Counted from the first letter of the stretch, positions 31,901-41,571 are shown. The stretch is 64,000 nucleotides of DNA from Nitrosopumilus sp. (GCA_965206745.1 OZ242220.1:1600001-1664000); one strand, 5' to 3'. Program-made: numbers and translations. Notes: a model not told the origin generated them from the sequence alone.

Positions 31901-32139
31901 CGTTCACTATGATCTATTGGTTTTCTTCGTTCACCTGAATTCGTCATATTTTTCTTTGTCAACAAATCAATCACTTCACGCAACGAATGTGCAAAATGAA
32001 CTAATCTTTCAGGATTGTCTATGTGTTTTAATGCATAAATTGCGCCTAAATATGGTTCCTGTAATCTATCATAGAATTCCGATATTGTAATACAGATTTT
32101 CTTTTGTTCGGGAGTACAATGTCTAAAATCAACCGTCAA
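28921..32139 (-). CDS. Large protein: N-terminal HEPN-like domain + long alpha-helical repeat region
   Basis: NPERLVHFAHSLRE..YRYLNGIVHH; WRSAIEDDEQN and all-helical C-terminus; no Walker A found. Confidence 0.7.
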   Translation of the reverse strand: MTVDFRHCTPEQKKICITISEFYDRLQEPYLGAIYALKHIDNPERLVHFAHSLREVIDLLTKKNMTNSGERRKPIDHSERIFLLKQVIDLKGQGSISNDSRYDRLVNEYRYLNGIVHHGTIDDEDDLISKLDDVGKIIAELVQPPTDIFDEIDKIITHSPSIKDAEKLKHLAVPYASVIHMFDKLSEKWLEFLKKVGFFDNPSGSISEDGKLVYYFWAPSAYLIKCVKEYPDLVTQIILDCKFKSKKKRNPRIYEDFLSCAITLPITHALKIAQKSLDENWYDFIQSGYTQDHLFTEKYSQFVKKLFLENESDLATKIFELIFNPISSETSSDLWEQPNSKQAIYPFTEFWYNEYFSDLISDISSKHPKLTIKLISDLLEKALDIDHFGMDAQMSVTYWRSAIEDDEQNRNTDIKSPFVSKLRICLVELGKKDISILKNCMSILNGKKYLIYRRIELHIFSVFPDAFKPQIELSLLLYFKNIDAYHEYYNLIEKMFGNVSNCIREKILEMIIDGYSDEEIPKKIKFAEEEIYLQKSCKLRQLTSIKKYLDKKHKQIFDELEKELGSIDTPESLHPPVRVSVMEPPKPSDDFRHKSVDDVFEIAKTLKLNSGIYARDDIRAVNFGDYVKNNTLECSKRAIELKDIAPYLLYEFFSNIKNALKDKNEINWDGILSLIKYLIKNHDDEKYRSTSYDPILKFSQLLETALKEDYIDFIHKDRLLSILECIVEIGTKNPSSDNYLGENFADDALTVCINGMDGVSFHILANYLLWHRKHSDGKKFIEPRIKQILDNYLDKKFIRQTISRHAVFGLYLPSFYYLDKELFDQILEKIESDKKLKIAFWECYVRYNKLYTDIFKKIPTWYAKMLNSDLLRDNKAHAAYNSTIDHMILAYFYDFDKVDAYFEQFLVENKEITDEENDYEAPIQHCVFQIANVIKGKKNDQKFNKEKLKKLWNHESFSKHAQLYEWFTNSPLDDETTIKLYRDYLERYEGKFNLIYIKFSKLEKYIPKYSILVAECLKLLVEKRNSAYIPKPEIKNLLESLLKDNHDGVRDICKKIIDHLLRSSYDYRDLLR

Positions 32140-32304
32140 TATTCATTCAACATATTACAAAAAATATAAATTATTATAATTTTACATTTAACTGCATTGA
32201 TCAAGTGTTTTACTCTGTTGTATTGTTAAGAAGTTTTTAGAATTTTTGTTAAGTTATTGTGTATCAGAAATTAAAGAATCAAAGATATCAAGTTATTGTG
32301 TGAC

Positions 32305-32418
32305 AGGTTCTGTGTAATCTTGGGGATATAGATGTGAAATACGGATCTTATTCTGATTCAAAAAACCCCTTGGTTCTGTTCACAAATAGTGATCTGATCA
32401 CTATATTTAATCAGAGCC
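32305..32418. repeat. Most complete composite dispersed repeat (leader + motif A + 47-bp palindrome B)
   Basis: aggttctgtgtaatcttgggga..gaaatacggatcttattctgattcaaaaaacccc-tt-ggttctgttcacaaatagtgatc-t-gatcactatatttaatcagagcc; B arms pair 18/23. Confidence 0.8.
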
Positions 32419-32470
32419 AATCAAAATGTTTTATTTGTAAAGATTGCAATATACGATGATAGTTTGAATA

Positions 32471-32749
32471 TTACTTGGCCTTGTAATATTGTGAACCATC
32501 TCTTTCAGTTACTATAATTTCTATTTTTCCTTCATCAACTAATTCTTTTAATGCATCTTGTATTCGAGGTATTGATCCGAAATTTTTAAGAAATTGGCCC
32601 CAGGGTTCATCGCTAAAATTATTTTTAAAATACTCGAAAATTTCTTGACGGTCATATCTATCTGATTTGTTATTGTCTAGATAAGAAAATATTTCTAGTT
32701 TTAATCTAGAAGAATATTTGGCTTCATTCCCTTCTTCATTTATTGGCAT
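32471..32749 (-). CDS. Small winged-helix-like protein
   Basis: EIFSYL..YDRQEIF..IQDALKELVDEGKIE..YYK. Confidence 0.6.
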   Translation of the reverse strand: MPINEEGNEAKYSSRLKLEIFSYLDNNKSDRYDRQEIFEYFKNNFSDEPWGQFLKNFGSIPRIQDALKELVDEGKIEIIVTERDGSQYYKAK

Positions 32750-32904
32750 ATTGTATTTATGAGATATTACAATTTATGTATTTTCACTAGCATGGCATAT
32801 GAGATCAGATACTCAAAAAACTAGATACAAAAATATTTTCAGCGATTCATATCTAACTAAAAGGCACAGGCGACCCCATACATTTTGAATCAATTTTTAA
32901 TTTA

Positions 32905-33579
32905 TCAAATAATAAGACGCAATATTTTACAATCTTTTACAACATTATGAAAATCATGAAAATCAATTTTATTTTTATCAGAATTAAAGGCAGGAGAAGT
33001 CTCACATTTAGTTGAAATATTTTTTAAATTATCTAATGTTTGTTTATCATATAATTTATCTGAAACATGATCTGGATTTTGTAAATTAGTTCCACATTCA
33101 TCTATGTTTTTCCAAATATAATCAATTTTTTCTTTTAAGAAGGTTTTTTTCTCTTTGTTTTTTGATACTTTCCATTGTTTTTCAAGTTTTTTTATCTCTG
33201 AGAATAAAGTGATGATCTCATCTAGAGATAGCAATAAATATAATTGTGAAGTTTTAGGGTGATTTTTTTCTAATTTAAGATTACTAGATAAAATCCTCTC
33301 AATTCGCATAATTTTTGATTCTATATGGTCTTGTGATCTCTTTTCTATACAATATACAATCCAGACAACCATAACTCCAAAACCAGTACCTGATGCCAGA
33401 GTAAACCAATTAGGAAAATCACTGTATTGCCAAAGTTGTATTGCAGCGAACATTACAGATAACAGTATAGCGAACGCAATAACTATCAAGACTGGCATTA
33501 TAATTGAAAATGTAGTATTATCCAAAAAATTTTTGATAGTATACAATCGATATCTTAATCTCTGAGTACGACTAAACAT
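32905..33579 (-). CDS. 2-TM membrane protein, paralogue of N-terminus of 39747..41555
   Basis: Two hydrophobic helices; LKNISTKCETSPAF aligns with LKTISSQCQNEPNF. Confidence 0.65.
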   Translation of the reverse strand: MFSRTQRLRYRLYTIKNFLDNTTFSIIMPVLIVIAFAILLSVMFAAIQLWQYSDFPNWFTLASGTGFGVMVVWIVYCIEKRSQDHIESKIMRIERILSSNLKLEKNHPKTSQLYLLLSLDEIITLFSEIKKLEKQWKVSKNKEKKTFLKEKIDYIWKNIDECGTNLQNPDHVSDKLYDKQTLDNLKNISTKCETSPAFNSDKNKIDFHDFHNVVKDCKILRLII

Positions 33580-34124
33580 ATCTTAATAATTGTCACTATG
33601 AATTTGTACTCTTGGTAATTGTATTATACAAATCTCTTGAAATTTGCTCATTAAATCAATTAGATAAATTCTTTGATTTCAATCTCTGATTTTGAAGAAT
33701 TGCCTAGTTCATCAATAAAATTGGCATGATAATATCAGATTCAGCAAAATATAACACATGCAAGATTGGAGCAGAACCGTTTGCATCTTGGCAAGAACAT
33801 GATTGAAAGGCACCAAAAACATCTCTAATGAAATAGAAATTACTGTAAATTGGGAATAAAATCTACATTTTAGGGCCAATTCTCTGATACCTTGACAGTC
33901 CTTGCTTCATAGCTTTCTCAGGCGTGATTTTTTATAGAAGATGTGCATTTTGTATACTTTCATTATATAGAATTAGATACAAGTCAAGGCATGGTAGAAA
34001 AATCTGATGAAATAGATGAAGTCCAGTCGATTTTGCATGATGTATGTAATAATGCAGTTCAATTAAATAATGAGATTAAACAGTTCATCACAGAAAAAAA
34101 GATTAATCAACCAACAAGGTATTC

Positions 34125-35012
34125 TTGGTTTTAGAGAAAAGTATGGCCGGCAATAAACATCTTACTAGTCAATTAGAAGAAAAAGGCAGCAATTTGGTGT
34201 TAACTAGTCAAAAAATATCTAAACGTCGAAAAAAATTGGATACGGTAACAATTATAGTTCTATCTATTATAACAATTTTTTATTCATTGTTAACATTTGA
34301 ATTCATTAAATTTGATAATGAAATTATTTATCATTGGACAATAGTTTCTCTAGCAATTTATTTAGTGATTAATACAGGTATGCGGATCAAAATCAAACGT
34401 ATAAAAAATGAAATCACACCGATAGATTCAGCTTTTTTATATTCATATAATGCATTCATATCATTAGAATTACATTTAGATCGTGGACAATCGAAACACA
34501 AATTAGAAAATTTAGATGATGCAATAAAAAACATTAGTAAACTAAGTTACATAGTTTCTATCGGATGGAGAAAATTTACCAAAGATAATAATATTTTATC
34601 TAATCTTGATACAAATATGAATACTTTTGTAGAGAGCTTAAATGGATTAAAAAAAACATTAAAAAAAGAACCACATAAACCAAATGAAATTAAAACTGCA
34701 TTGATTCAAATAATGGAATTTTTAATGAGCAATAAAAAAAATAATTTTAAAAAAATCAACAAAGAATTGGAAGAATATAATTTTAAGAATCAGACAATAA
34801 CGATTCGACAGCAAATTAAAGAATTTATAATAGTTAAAAAACATATTATCGTAATAAATATACTTTCAGCAGCAATTATAACACCAATAATTGTGATAAT
34901 GGGGATAGATTCAAGTTTAATAGAATATAGCTTAGCAGTTAGTGCAATTTTGGCACCCATATTAGGAGCACAGATCTCTCCCTGGTTAAAGAAAATTGCA
35001 ACTAGTAAATAA
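34125..35012 (+). CDS. 4-TM membrane protein
   Basis: Two N-terminal and two C-terminal hydrophobic segments around a helical soluble domain. Confidence 0.65.
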   Translation: MVLEKSMAGNKHLTSQLEEKGSNLVLTSQKISKRRKKLDTVTIIVLSIITIFYSLLTFEFIKFDNEIIYHWTIVSLAIYLVINTGMRIKIKRIKNEITPIDSAFLYSYNAFISLELHLDRGQSKHKLENLDDAIKNISKLSYIVSIGWRKFTKDNNILSNLDTNMNTFVESLNGLKKTLKKEPHKPNEIKTALIQIMEFLMSNKKNNFKKINKELEEYNFKNQTITIRQQIKEFIIVKKHIIVINILSAAIITPIIVIMGIDSSLIEYSLAVSAILAPILGAQISPWLKKIATSK

Positions 35013-35326
35013 ATTACATTCAAAGAATAACAAATACATCAATCTATATTTTAATTATGAAATAGTTCATTGATGAAATAATCTAAAATTTAAATCAACT
35101 AAAATGTATGAAAAAATAAATCTGAATAGATCTAGATTTCATGTTATCTCCCATTGGTTTGTTACACGGCATGTCTAACAATAAAGGAATCAATGATTCA
35201 GCATGTCAAATCAAAGTCATACAACAAAGCAAAACATCTGCTTTTTGACATGTTATTTATTCTAATCAGACTATTTTTATCCTGAAATTTGCCGGTTTCT
35301 CCAAACCATAACAGAGCCTAACTACC

Positions 35327-35710
35327 ACGCATGACACCCTCCAGTCCCGGCAGGCACAGCCACTGCGTGGCTCTCAAATAGTATGAGAAATACAACAAAG
35401 TGTGAAGACTGGGAGGACCTGCAAGGAAGTATGCAAAAAGTACGAGGTAAAAAAGCCCGCCGGGGCAGGAAGATACGTCTCAGGGCAGGGCAGGTGCCAG
35501 ATCTGCGAGATATGGATCGACCACAGGGGATGCCACATCAGTAACGGCTCTCCTGCAAGCGCCGCTGACCGCGGCTGGTTCTGCAACTGCTGCAACTATA
35601 GGATAAGAAAGACGCCGCGCAACAAGGTGTACAAGGAGAAGCTGAGGAGGAGCCAGGATGAAGCCGGGGTGTGATGCGGGGTTGTGCGTCTCTTTTGGAT
35701 TTGTGATGGT
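35327..35710 (+). repeat. ~380-bp direct repeat, copy 1
   Basis: Near-identical to 41572..41951. Confidence 0.9.
35402..35674 (+). CDS. Small Cys-rich Zn-finger protein of a Thaumarchaeota-type family
   Basis: TCKEVC..GRYVSGQGRCQICEIW..CNCCNYRIRKTPRN. Confidence 0.7.
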   Translation: MKTGRTCKEVCKKYEVKKPAGAGRYVSGQGRCQICEIWIDHRGCHISNGSPASAADRGWFCNCCNYRIRKTPRNKVYKEKLRRSQDEAGV

Positions 35711-35959
35711 AAGATGTATGGCAGAGTATAGTAGAATAGATGTTGCCATTACTACAATGGATAGAACTGGAATAATTCTTGCATTGTTAAATCGAATGAA
35801 AGTCTCACTAGACTGTAAAGTTCAAGTGATTTCAGTACACTCTACACATGTAGGATGACTAGAACATACATAGAGGTAAGTTGAAAACCCCAATCAACTG
35901 GCCAGTGCATTTGTTCAGACACTGTTCAATTCACAGGATCTAGGCACTATTTTATTAGG

Positions 35960-36029
35960 AAAATTTATAAATATTATAAATTTTACAAATTTTGTAAATA
36001 ATATATTTAATATATTAAATATATTATTT
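35960..36029. promoter_or_regulatory. Three abutting AT-rich palindromes including a perfect 34-bp one
   Basis: aaaatttataa-ata-ttataaatttt (35960-35984); tttacaaa-t-tttgtaaa (35982-35998); aaataatatatttaatatattaaatatattattt (35996-36029) is its own reverse complement. Confidence 0.7.
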
Positions 36030-36185
36030 GTAAAGCTGATGGTGGGATTAACTATACCCACAAAAGAATTTACCAGTCGGTCTTCTCACCAATTGGAAAT
36101 TTTCACTCACAGATGAGGTGAGCAGCGAATATGTGCTTCACCAGCTTATCATATCTAAGTAATGTTTATAATAAATACATATTGC

Positions 36186-36332
36186 ATTATACACTGACAA
36201 AATTTAAAATGTTGAATTGTACATTTGTAAAATTAAAATGTTGAATTATACCCTTACAAAATTAAAAATATGCTGAATTATGCACTGACAAAATTAAAAA
36301 TGTTGAATTATACATTTACAAAAGTAAAAATT
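36186..36332. repeat. Five ~30-bp iteron-like direct repeats
   Basis: Consensus attatacaytkacaaaattaaaa(a)tgttga, period 29-32 bp, non-coding. Confidence 0.8.
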
Positions 36333-36474
36333 ACTATTGTGTCTCGAAATCTGTTCACGATATAAAACACAATATAAAACACAATCTAAGACAGAAGTTC
36401 CGATTGACTCTCAAAATAACAAAAAACCTGATTTTTCAGACCTTTGGATCTATTGGGAAGAAGTCTATATCAGT

Positions 36475-36547
36475 GGTTTTGATCATAATGATGATCAGAT
36501 CGTCATGTTTGATCAAAATTGGAGATTTTTTGAATCGGAACAAGATT
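36475..36547 (-). repeat. Composite B+A repeat in reverse orientation
   Basis: ggttttgatcataatgatgatc-a-gatcgtcatgtttgatcaaaatt, then ttttttgaatcggaacaagat at nearly the same spacing as the 32341 copy. Confidence 0.7.
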
Positions 36548-36884
36548 GCATTAGAAAAATAATGTGCTGATACAACATGTGAAATGAAATAGTGTTATTT
36601 GAAATTATTACATGACAATTTGCCTCCCCTTACCATAATTCCAGGAATTATCCGATCAGATTTATATCGAACCCATCTTGTGGCATTCTCCTCTGGGTTG
36701 TCCAATACTGTGAGGGATAGGCAGGGCTGAGATCAGGCCAAGTGCCTGTTCAATAAGGGATTTGTAGGTTCATGGGTATGGAGGAGCTTCCAAGATGAGA
36801 TTGGATGCTGTCTTTCTATAGAGTTCTCCAGTCTGGGAGCTGTGCAGACCAAAATAATTTTAAATTAGTTTTGCCATTTCAGAG

Positions 36885-37811
36885 GTGTTGGGATTTTTTG
36901 ATGCCATTAAAAAGAGCAGAAGGCAGGTGAGTCGGGAGAATCAGAGTCAGGGCAGGGCAGGCGAGAAGAAGATTCGTGAAAAATATGAGATGACAGGATA
37001 CAAGGTGACAAGGACCGGGAAGGGGCACGACCTCAAGGCAGAAAAAAAGGACTGGTTCACCGGGGAGAACAGGGCAAAGTACATCGAGGTCAAGACAGGA
37101 AACTCTAAACTCTCCAAGCTTCAAAAGAAAAAACAGGGACAGATCGGGGGCAAGTATGTTGTTGAACGTCTCAAACCCACGACGTTTGGACTGGTTTCAA
37201 ACAACCGTGAATCAGATTCACGCTCCAAGAAGTCAAAGTCATCTGGCTTTGGCAGTCCTGTTACTTGGGGGTCTGGCTCTACGAAGAAGAAGAAATCAGG
37301 CGGTATATTTGGATCCAGTACAGTTGATTCCATCTTTGGTTCGAGTTCAAAAAAGAAATCCAAGAGTAAGTCAGTTAGTATGTTTGGATCTAGTACAGTT
37401 GATTCCATCTTTGGTTCGAGTTCAAAAAAGAAATCCAAGAGTAAGTCAGTTAGTATGTTTGGATCTAGTACAGTTGATTCCATCTTTGGTTCGAGTTCAA
37501 AAAAGAAATCCAAGAGTAAGTCAGTTAGTATGTTTGGATCTAGTACAGTTGATTCCATCTTTGGTTCGAGTTCAAAAAAGAAATCTAAAAGTAAAAAGTC
37601 AGTCAGTATGTTTGGATCTAGTACAGTTGATTCCATCTTTGGCTCAGGTTCAAAAAAGAAGTCCAGGAAAAAGAAATCAGTTAGTATGTTTGGATCCGGT
37701 TCAGTTGATTCCATCTTTGGTTCGAGTTCAAAAAAGAAGTCCAGGAAAAAGAAATCAGTCAGTATGTTTGGATCATCAAAAAGAAACAAGAAAGATGTAG
37801 GAATCTGGTAG
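36885..37811 (+). CDS. Restriction-endonuclease-fold (DUF3883/NOV_C-like) domain + Lys/Ser-rich tandem repeat tail
   Basis: GRAGEKK..GY.V..TGKGHDL..YIEVKTG; six 25-26-aa repeats FGSSTVDSIFGSSSKKKSKSKSVSM. Confidence 0.7.
   Translation: MLGFFDAIKKSRRQVSRENQSQGRAGEKKIREKYEMTGYKVTRTGKGHDLKAEKKDWFTGENRAKYIEVKTGNSKLSKLQKKKQGQIGGKYVVERLKPTTFGLVSNNRESDSRSKKSKSSGFGSPVTWGSGSTKKKKSGGIFGSSTVDSIFGSSSKKKSKSKSVSMFGSSTVDSIFGSSSKKKSKSKSVSMFGSSTVDSIFGSSSKKKSKSKSVSMFGSSTVDSIFGSSSKKKSKSKKSVSMFGSSTVDSIFGSGSKKKSRKKKSVSMFGSGSVDSIFGSSSKKKSRKKKSVSMFGSSKRNKKDVGIW
37308..37784 (+). repeat. In-frame coding tandem repeat, 75/78-bp units, 6 full + partial
   Basis: Unit starts at 37308, 37383, 37458, 37533, 37611, 37689, 37767. 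Confidence 0.9.
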
Positions 37812-37958
37812 AATCACATCTAGTGTCTAATTGTATGATTTTATGCATGATAATTCATTGATTCCTTTGTGGCTTGGACACATCATGCAATCAATTATAA
37901 TTGATAATAAAATAATTGAGAAAAAAGTCACAGGTGGTTTATTTATTTTGTACAAATA

Positions 37959-39272
37959 TCACAACTTGATTTTATACTCGTCCTTATAGTAAGATTCCAC
38001 ATCTGAATATTTATCAGATTTTTCAATCATGTCTAAAAGAAGATATCTAAGATTAATTTGTAATCCTGTGACTTCCTCATCGTAAATTCGAACATTTTCA
38101 TCATGGACCAAATCATTTCTTTTATCATAGTATTTTTTATAGAATTCAGCATGTTTTTGATCACCAGAAAATATAATGGCCGAATGCTCTCCGAATTTTT
38201 TTCCTTTTTGTCGCTCGTGTTTTTTTAAAAGCAATTTTTCTAATCCAATTAAATAATAAAGAAATTTTTTTACATTTGAATCACGCAGACTGTCAATAGA
38301 ACCATACCAATACATGGAAGAAAAAATTGATTTCTGAAATGCAGTCATATGTTCAGAATATAGAAAGGATGCAAGTTTCCCCCATGTATTCTCTAATTTT
38401 TTATAGAATTCTTCACTAGGAGTTGTTCTGCAAAGTGTATAATAATTATATCTAGAGGGTTGAAGAGATCCAATAGATTTGTTATGGATTAAAATCATAT
38501 AATTAATCTGCTCATAACTATATTTTCTTGTAGAAATAAAAGAACCAGAATCAAATAATTTTATAGAAGAAATAAATTTATCAAGTGATTCTTCTGCTAA
38601 TTCTTGAGCTGCATCAACATCATGTGCCTTTACAGTAATAATAGCGCCGATGTCAGTATTATTGCTTTTTATGAAATAATCAACATCATGAAGATTGTTA
38701 GGAATTTGCTTATTCATTGCAAAATATTTTTTAATCAAATCACTGTCAATCTTTGCAATGGTGATATTATCAATAGTAAAATGGTCATTATAATCATAAT
38801 GATTAACAGGCAGTAAAATTCTATATTCGTATTGGTTTACACTATCAAGTTTTTCAAGCCATTTTTTAACATGAGATGCTACATCTGAATCTGACATCTT
38901 TGATGATTTGCATAAAATCAAAAAATCAACAATGGTTTTATCTAAGTAATTTTCAGATAAACTATAGTTTTTTTCAGAGTAATATTCTCTCAGAATCCTT
39001 TTTATGTTAAAAAAATAATGTGCCGCCTTGTCTTGTAAAACAAATGCCTTCATGGATTCTAGAGATCCAAATCCAATAGCGCGACATTCAGTAGGATTGG
39101 GAAATATGTCAGATCTATGCGTAATATCTTTTATTTTTGAAAATTTGAGTATATTAATTACATTTTCATTAATTGTGTCGATTATCAATGATTGTATGTT
39201 GTAAAAATATAGTATTTGGCTTTTGATTTCCTTGTTATGGATCTTGTTAGTACAAATTTTGTTGACGATCAT
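37959..39272 (-). CDS. ApeA-like HEPN domain protein (start uncertain)
   Basis: FLYYLIGLEKLL..YYDKRNDLVH; ApeA-type N-terminal part (A.D...AQELA). Confidence 0.7.
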   Translation of the reverse strand: MIVNKICTNKIHNKEIKSQILYFYNIQSLIIDTINENVINILKFSKIKDITHRSDIFPNPTECRAIGFGSLESMKAFVLQDKAAHYFFNIKRILREYYSEKNYSLSENYLDKTIVDFLILCKSSKMSDSDVASHVKKWLEKLDSVNQYEYRILLPVNHYDYNDHFTIDNITIAKIDSDLIKKYFAMNKQIPNNLHDVDYFIKSNNTDIGAIITVKAHDVDAAQELAEESLDKFISSIKLFDSGSFISTRKYSYEQINYMILIHNKSIGSLQPSRYNYYTLCRTTPSEEFYKKLENTWGKLASFLYSEHMTAFQKSIFSSMYWYGSIDSLRDSNVKKFLYYLIGLEKLLLKKHERQKGKKFGEHSAIIFSGDQKHAEFYKKYYDKRNDLVHDENVRIYDEEVTGLQINLRYLLLDMIEKSDKYSDVESYYKDEYKIKL

Positions 39273-39746
39273 TTTATAATCAAGTAAATATGCGAAAATT
39301 AATCCAAAACATGTTTTCTCAAATCAATATTTTTGATGCATTTCTTGAAATATGGAATTGTCTCATTTGTTAGAGTTTCATAACAATTTATCTTGGAATA
39401 AAATTATTGATTCTCTCTTTGTAATTATACAAGCATTGCAGCAAAGACCATCCATATTTGCGCTAATCTGCATTGATATGTCATTGGATTTTTGCAAGGT
39501 ACTCTCAAATTCCCTATTTACAGACTTTTTACCCTTCAGGATTGCAAAGTGTGATCATGGTTGAGGGATTGACACCTTTATCTTGTTAGTGAAACTGTTA
39601 GTATAGACGATATCATATCGCATGATGCCGCATCTGTTTTTTACTTGAAACAAACCTATATCATCAAAGATATTGTCAATTTTTTGAGTGGATGGGAGTA
39701 CATCAGAATAATCAATTTTTATATTTAGTGTATATGCTAAAAATAA

Positions 39747-41555
39747 TTGAAGAAAAAGATTACAGAGGTAGTGTTTGTTACAATTATTGTTATTCTCATA
39801 TTCATTTATTTTTTTAGATATTACAATATTGTGATCGATGACAACATAACGTTAATTGTAGAAGTTGGTGTGGGAATCATTATTACAGCTATAGTTTTGA
39901 TAATTTCTCAAAAAAACGAGTTAAAGATAGAGAAAGCAACTAGTGATATTTTGGGTATGATTAAGAAAGAACACGATGGGAAAATAAAGAATCAGAGATA
40001 TGCAAAGGATTTATTTTTACACGAATTTTATGCCATAGTAAAATCTATTGAATCTATACATATCATGACTGAATCACATGGTGAGGATACGAACTTGACA
40101 CTAAATAATTCTCAATACATCACCATAATGTCCCATGTAAATAACATTAAAAAACATGGAAGAAAATTAGATGAGATAATAGAGGATTCACGTGATTATT
40201 TTGAAATGCACGATAGAGGCATATTAAAAACTATATCAAGCCAATGTCAAAATGAACCTAACTTTGAAAATGGCAAAATACATCATGATTCCTACGAACC
40301 TTTGAAAAAGATAGTTACATCAAAGATTGAAGAATATGAACAACCAAAAGATAAAACTGAAAAATTAGAAATGCCTAAATCTATTCCTCAAAATTTAGAA
40401 GAGAAACAAGAATTTGAAACCAGTTCAAAAAGCAAGTCATCGGATTCAGAAAAAGAACCCGTAATGGATGGTTTCATTACTGTTTCCAGTGATCGTACAG
40501 TATACCCACTTGACAGTGTTATTCATGCACGAGCAAACCTTCGGGATATAATTAAAAATGAAAACATCGTTTATGAAATCTTTAATTCAAAAGGGGAATT
40601 ACTTTTGTCAAAAACGCTTGATCCTGCAACTTGTAATGATTTAGAATTAACAAAGGGCAATATTTTTCAAGTTGATTTTAAAATGAATGGAGATAAATGG
40701 ATGATAGGAAATGAGTACACAGTTAGAGGAATCTATGGCACATCATATGCAGAGGATAGTTTTGTAATTGATCAAAGAACACCAGTAATTCAAACAGATG
40801 AGACATTTTACAGGATACATAGTGATTTGATCCTAACTGTAATTGATCCTGATGCAGATAAAGACAATCAGATTCCAGAGCTTGTTGGAGATAGGAATGA
40901 TTCCAAACTGACTATAGAGTGCCCTTATGGGAAAATTGACGGGTATAAACTGAAAGAGACAGGGAGATCCACAGGGATATTTCAAGGAAAAATAAGAATT
41001 TTGGGCATAAGCAAAGATGGCAGTGTGATGAAATGGAATATAGATGGAGAAATCATTGACATGATTCAGGGTACCGGTATTGATGATGGATTCATTGGAG
41101 GAGGACCAGGTGATGAAATCACCATAAAATACGAGAATGACAGTGGAGTTGTAACGGTATCATTTTTTATCTCAAATTATGATGTAAGAGTTGGAATAGA
41201 TGAATCAACATATCGACCAAATGACAAGGTTCACTTCGCTGTTTCTGCACCAGATTTTAGTTTTGATTTTGACTCAAAAAATGAGATAGGCCAAGAACCT
41301 GGAAGCATAGTTAGTGTTCGCACCGGCATTGACAAGTTATCGAATTACAAACTGGTGGAGACAGGTATTGATACGGGAATTTTTACCGGAGAGTTGCAAC
41401 TGGTGGACTCGTTGGAAAAGTCATCTAACAGATACCAATCAAAGTTTGGGCCTAGTGACGGCTGCATTGCATGCAAAAAGGATGATTTTATCGAGATAAC
41501 ATTTGAGCCATTCAAGGACAAGAAAATCACGGATAAAGCATCAATAAAGCCATAA
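39747..41555 (+). CDS. 2-TM protein fused to S-layer-like Ig repeats
   Basis: TVIDPDAD..LKETGRSTGIFQG and VSAPD..LVETGIDTGIFTG repeats, as in thaumarchaeal surface proteins. Confidence 0.7.
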   Translation: MKKKITEVVFVTIIVILIFIYFFRYYNIVIDDNITLIVEVGVGIIITAIVLIISQKNELKIEKATSDILGMIKKEHDGKIKNQRYAKDLFLHEFYAIVKSIESIHIMTESHGEDTNLTLNNSQYITIMSHVNNIKKHGRKLDEIIEDSRDYFEMHDRGILKTISSQCQNEPNFENGKIHHDSYEPLKKIVTSKIEEYEQPKDKTEKLEMPKSIPQNLEEKQEFETSSKSKSSDSEKEPVMDGFITVSSDRTVYPLDSVIHARANLRDIIKNENIVYEIFNSKGELLLSKTLDPATCNDLELTKGNIFQVDFKMNGDKWMIGNEYTVRGIYGTSYAEDSFVIDQRTPVIQTDETFYRIHSDLILTVIDPDADKDNQIPELVGDRNDSKLTIECPYGKIDGYKLKETGRSTGIFQGKIRILGISKDGSVMKWNIDGEIIDMIQGTGIDDGFIGGGPGDEITIKYENDSGVVTVSFFISNYDVRVGIDESTYRPNDKVHFAVSAPDFSFDFDSKNEIGQEPGSIVSVRTGIDKLSNYKLVETGIDTGIFTGELQLVDSLEKSSNRYQSKFGPSDGCIACKKDDFIEITFEPFKDKKITDKASIKP

Positions 41556-41571
41556 AATTCGCATCATCCCA

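Noticed and set aside
36186-36332. CRISPR array
   Set aside because: Repeats are contiguous with no unique spacers
36337-36570. 77-aa ORF
   Set aside because: Made up almost entirely of dispersed repeat sequences; probably non-coding
37121-37800. Alternative-frame and antisense ORFs (222 aa, 214 aa)
   Set aside because: By-products of the stop-free tandem repeat; only the 36885 frame has a recognisable domain
39273-39700. Intact gene upstream of the HEPN gene
   Set aside because: Multiple stops in all frames; at most an unidentifiable remnant
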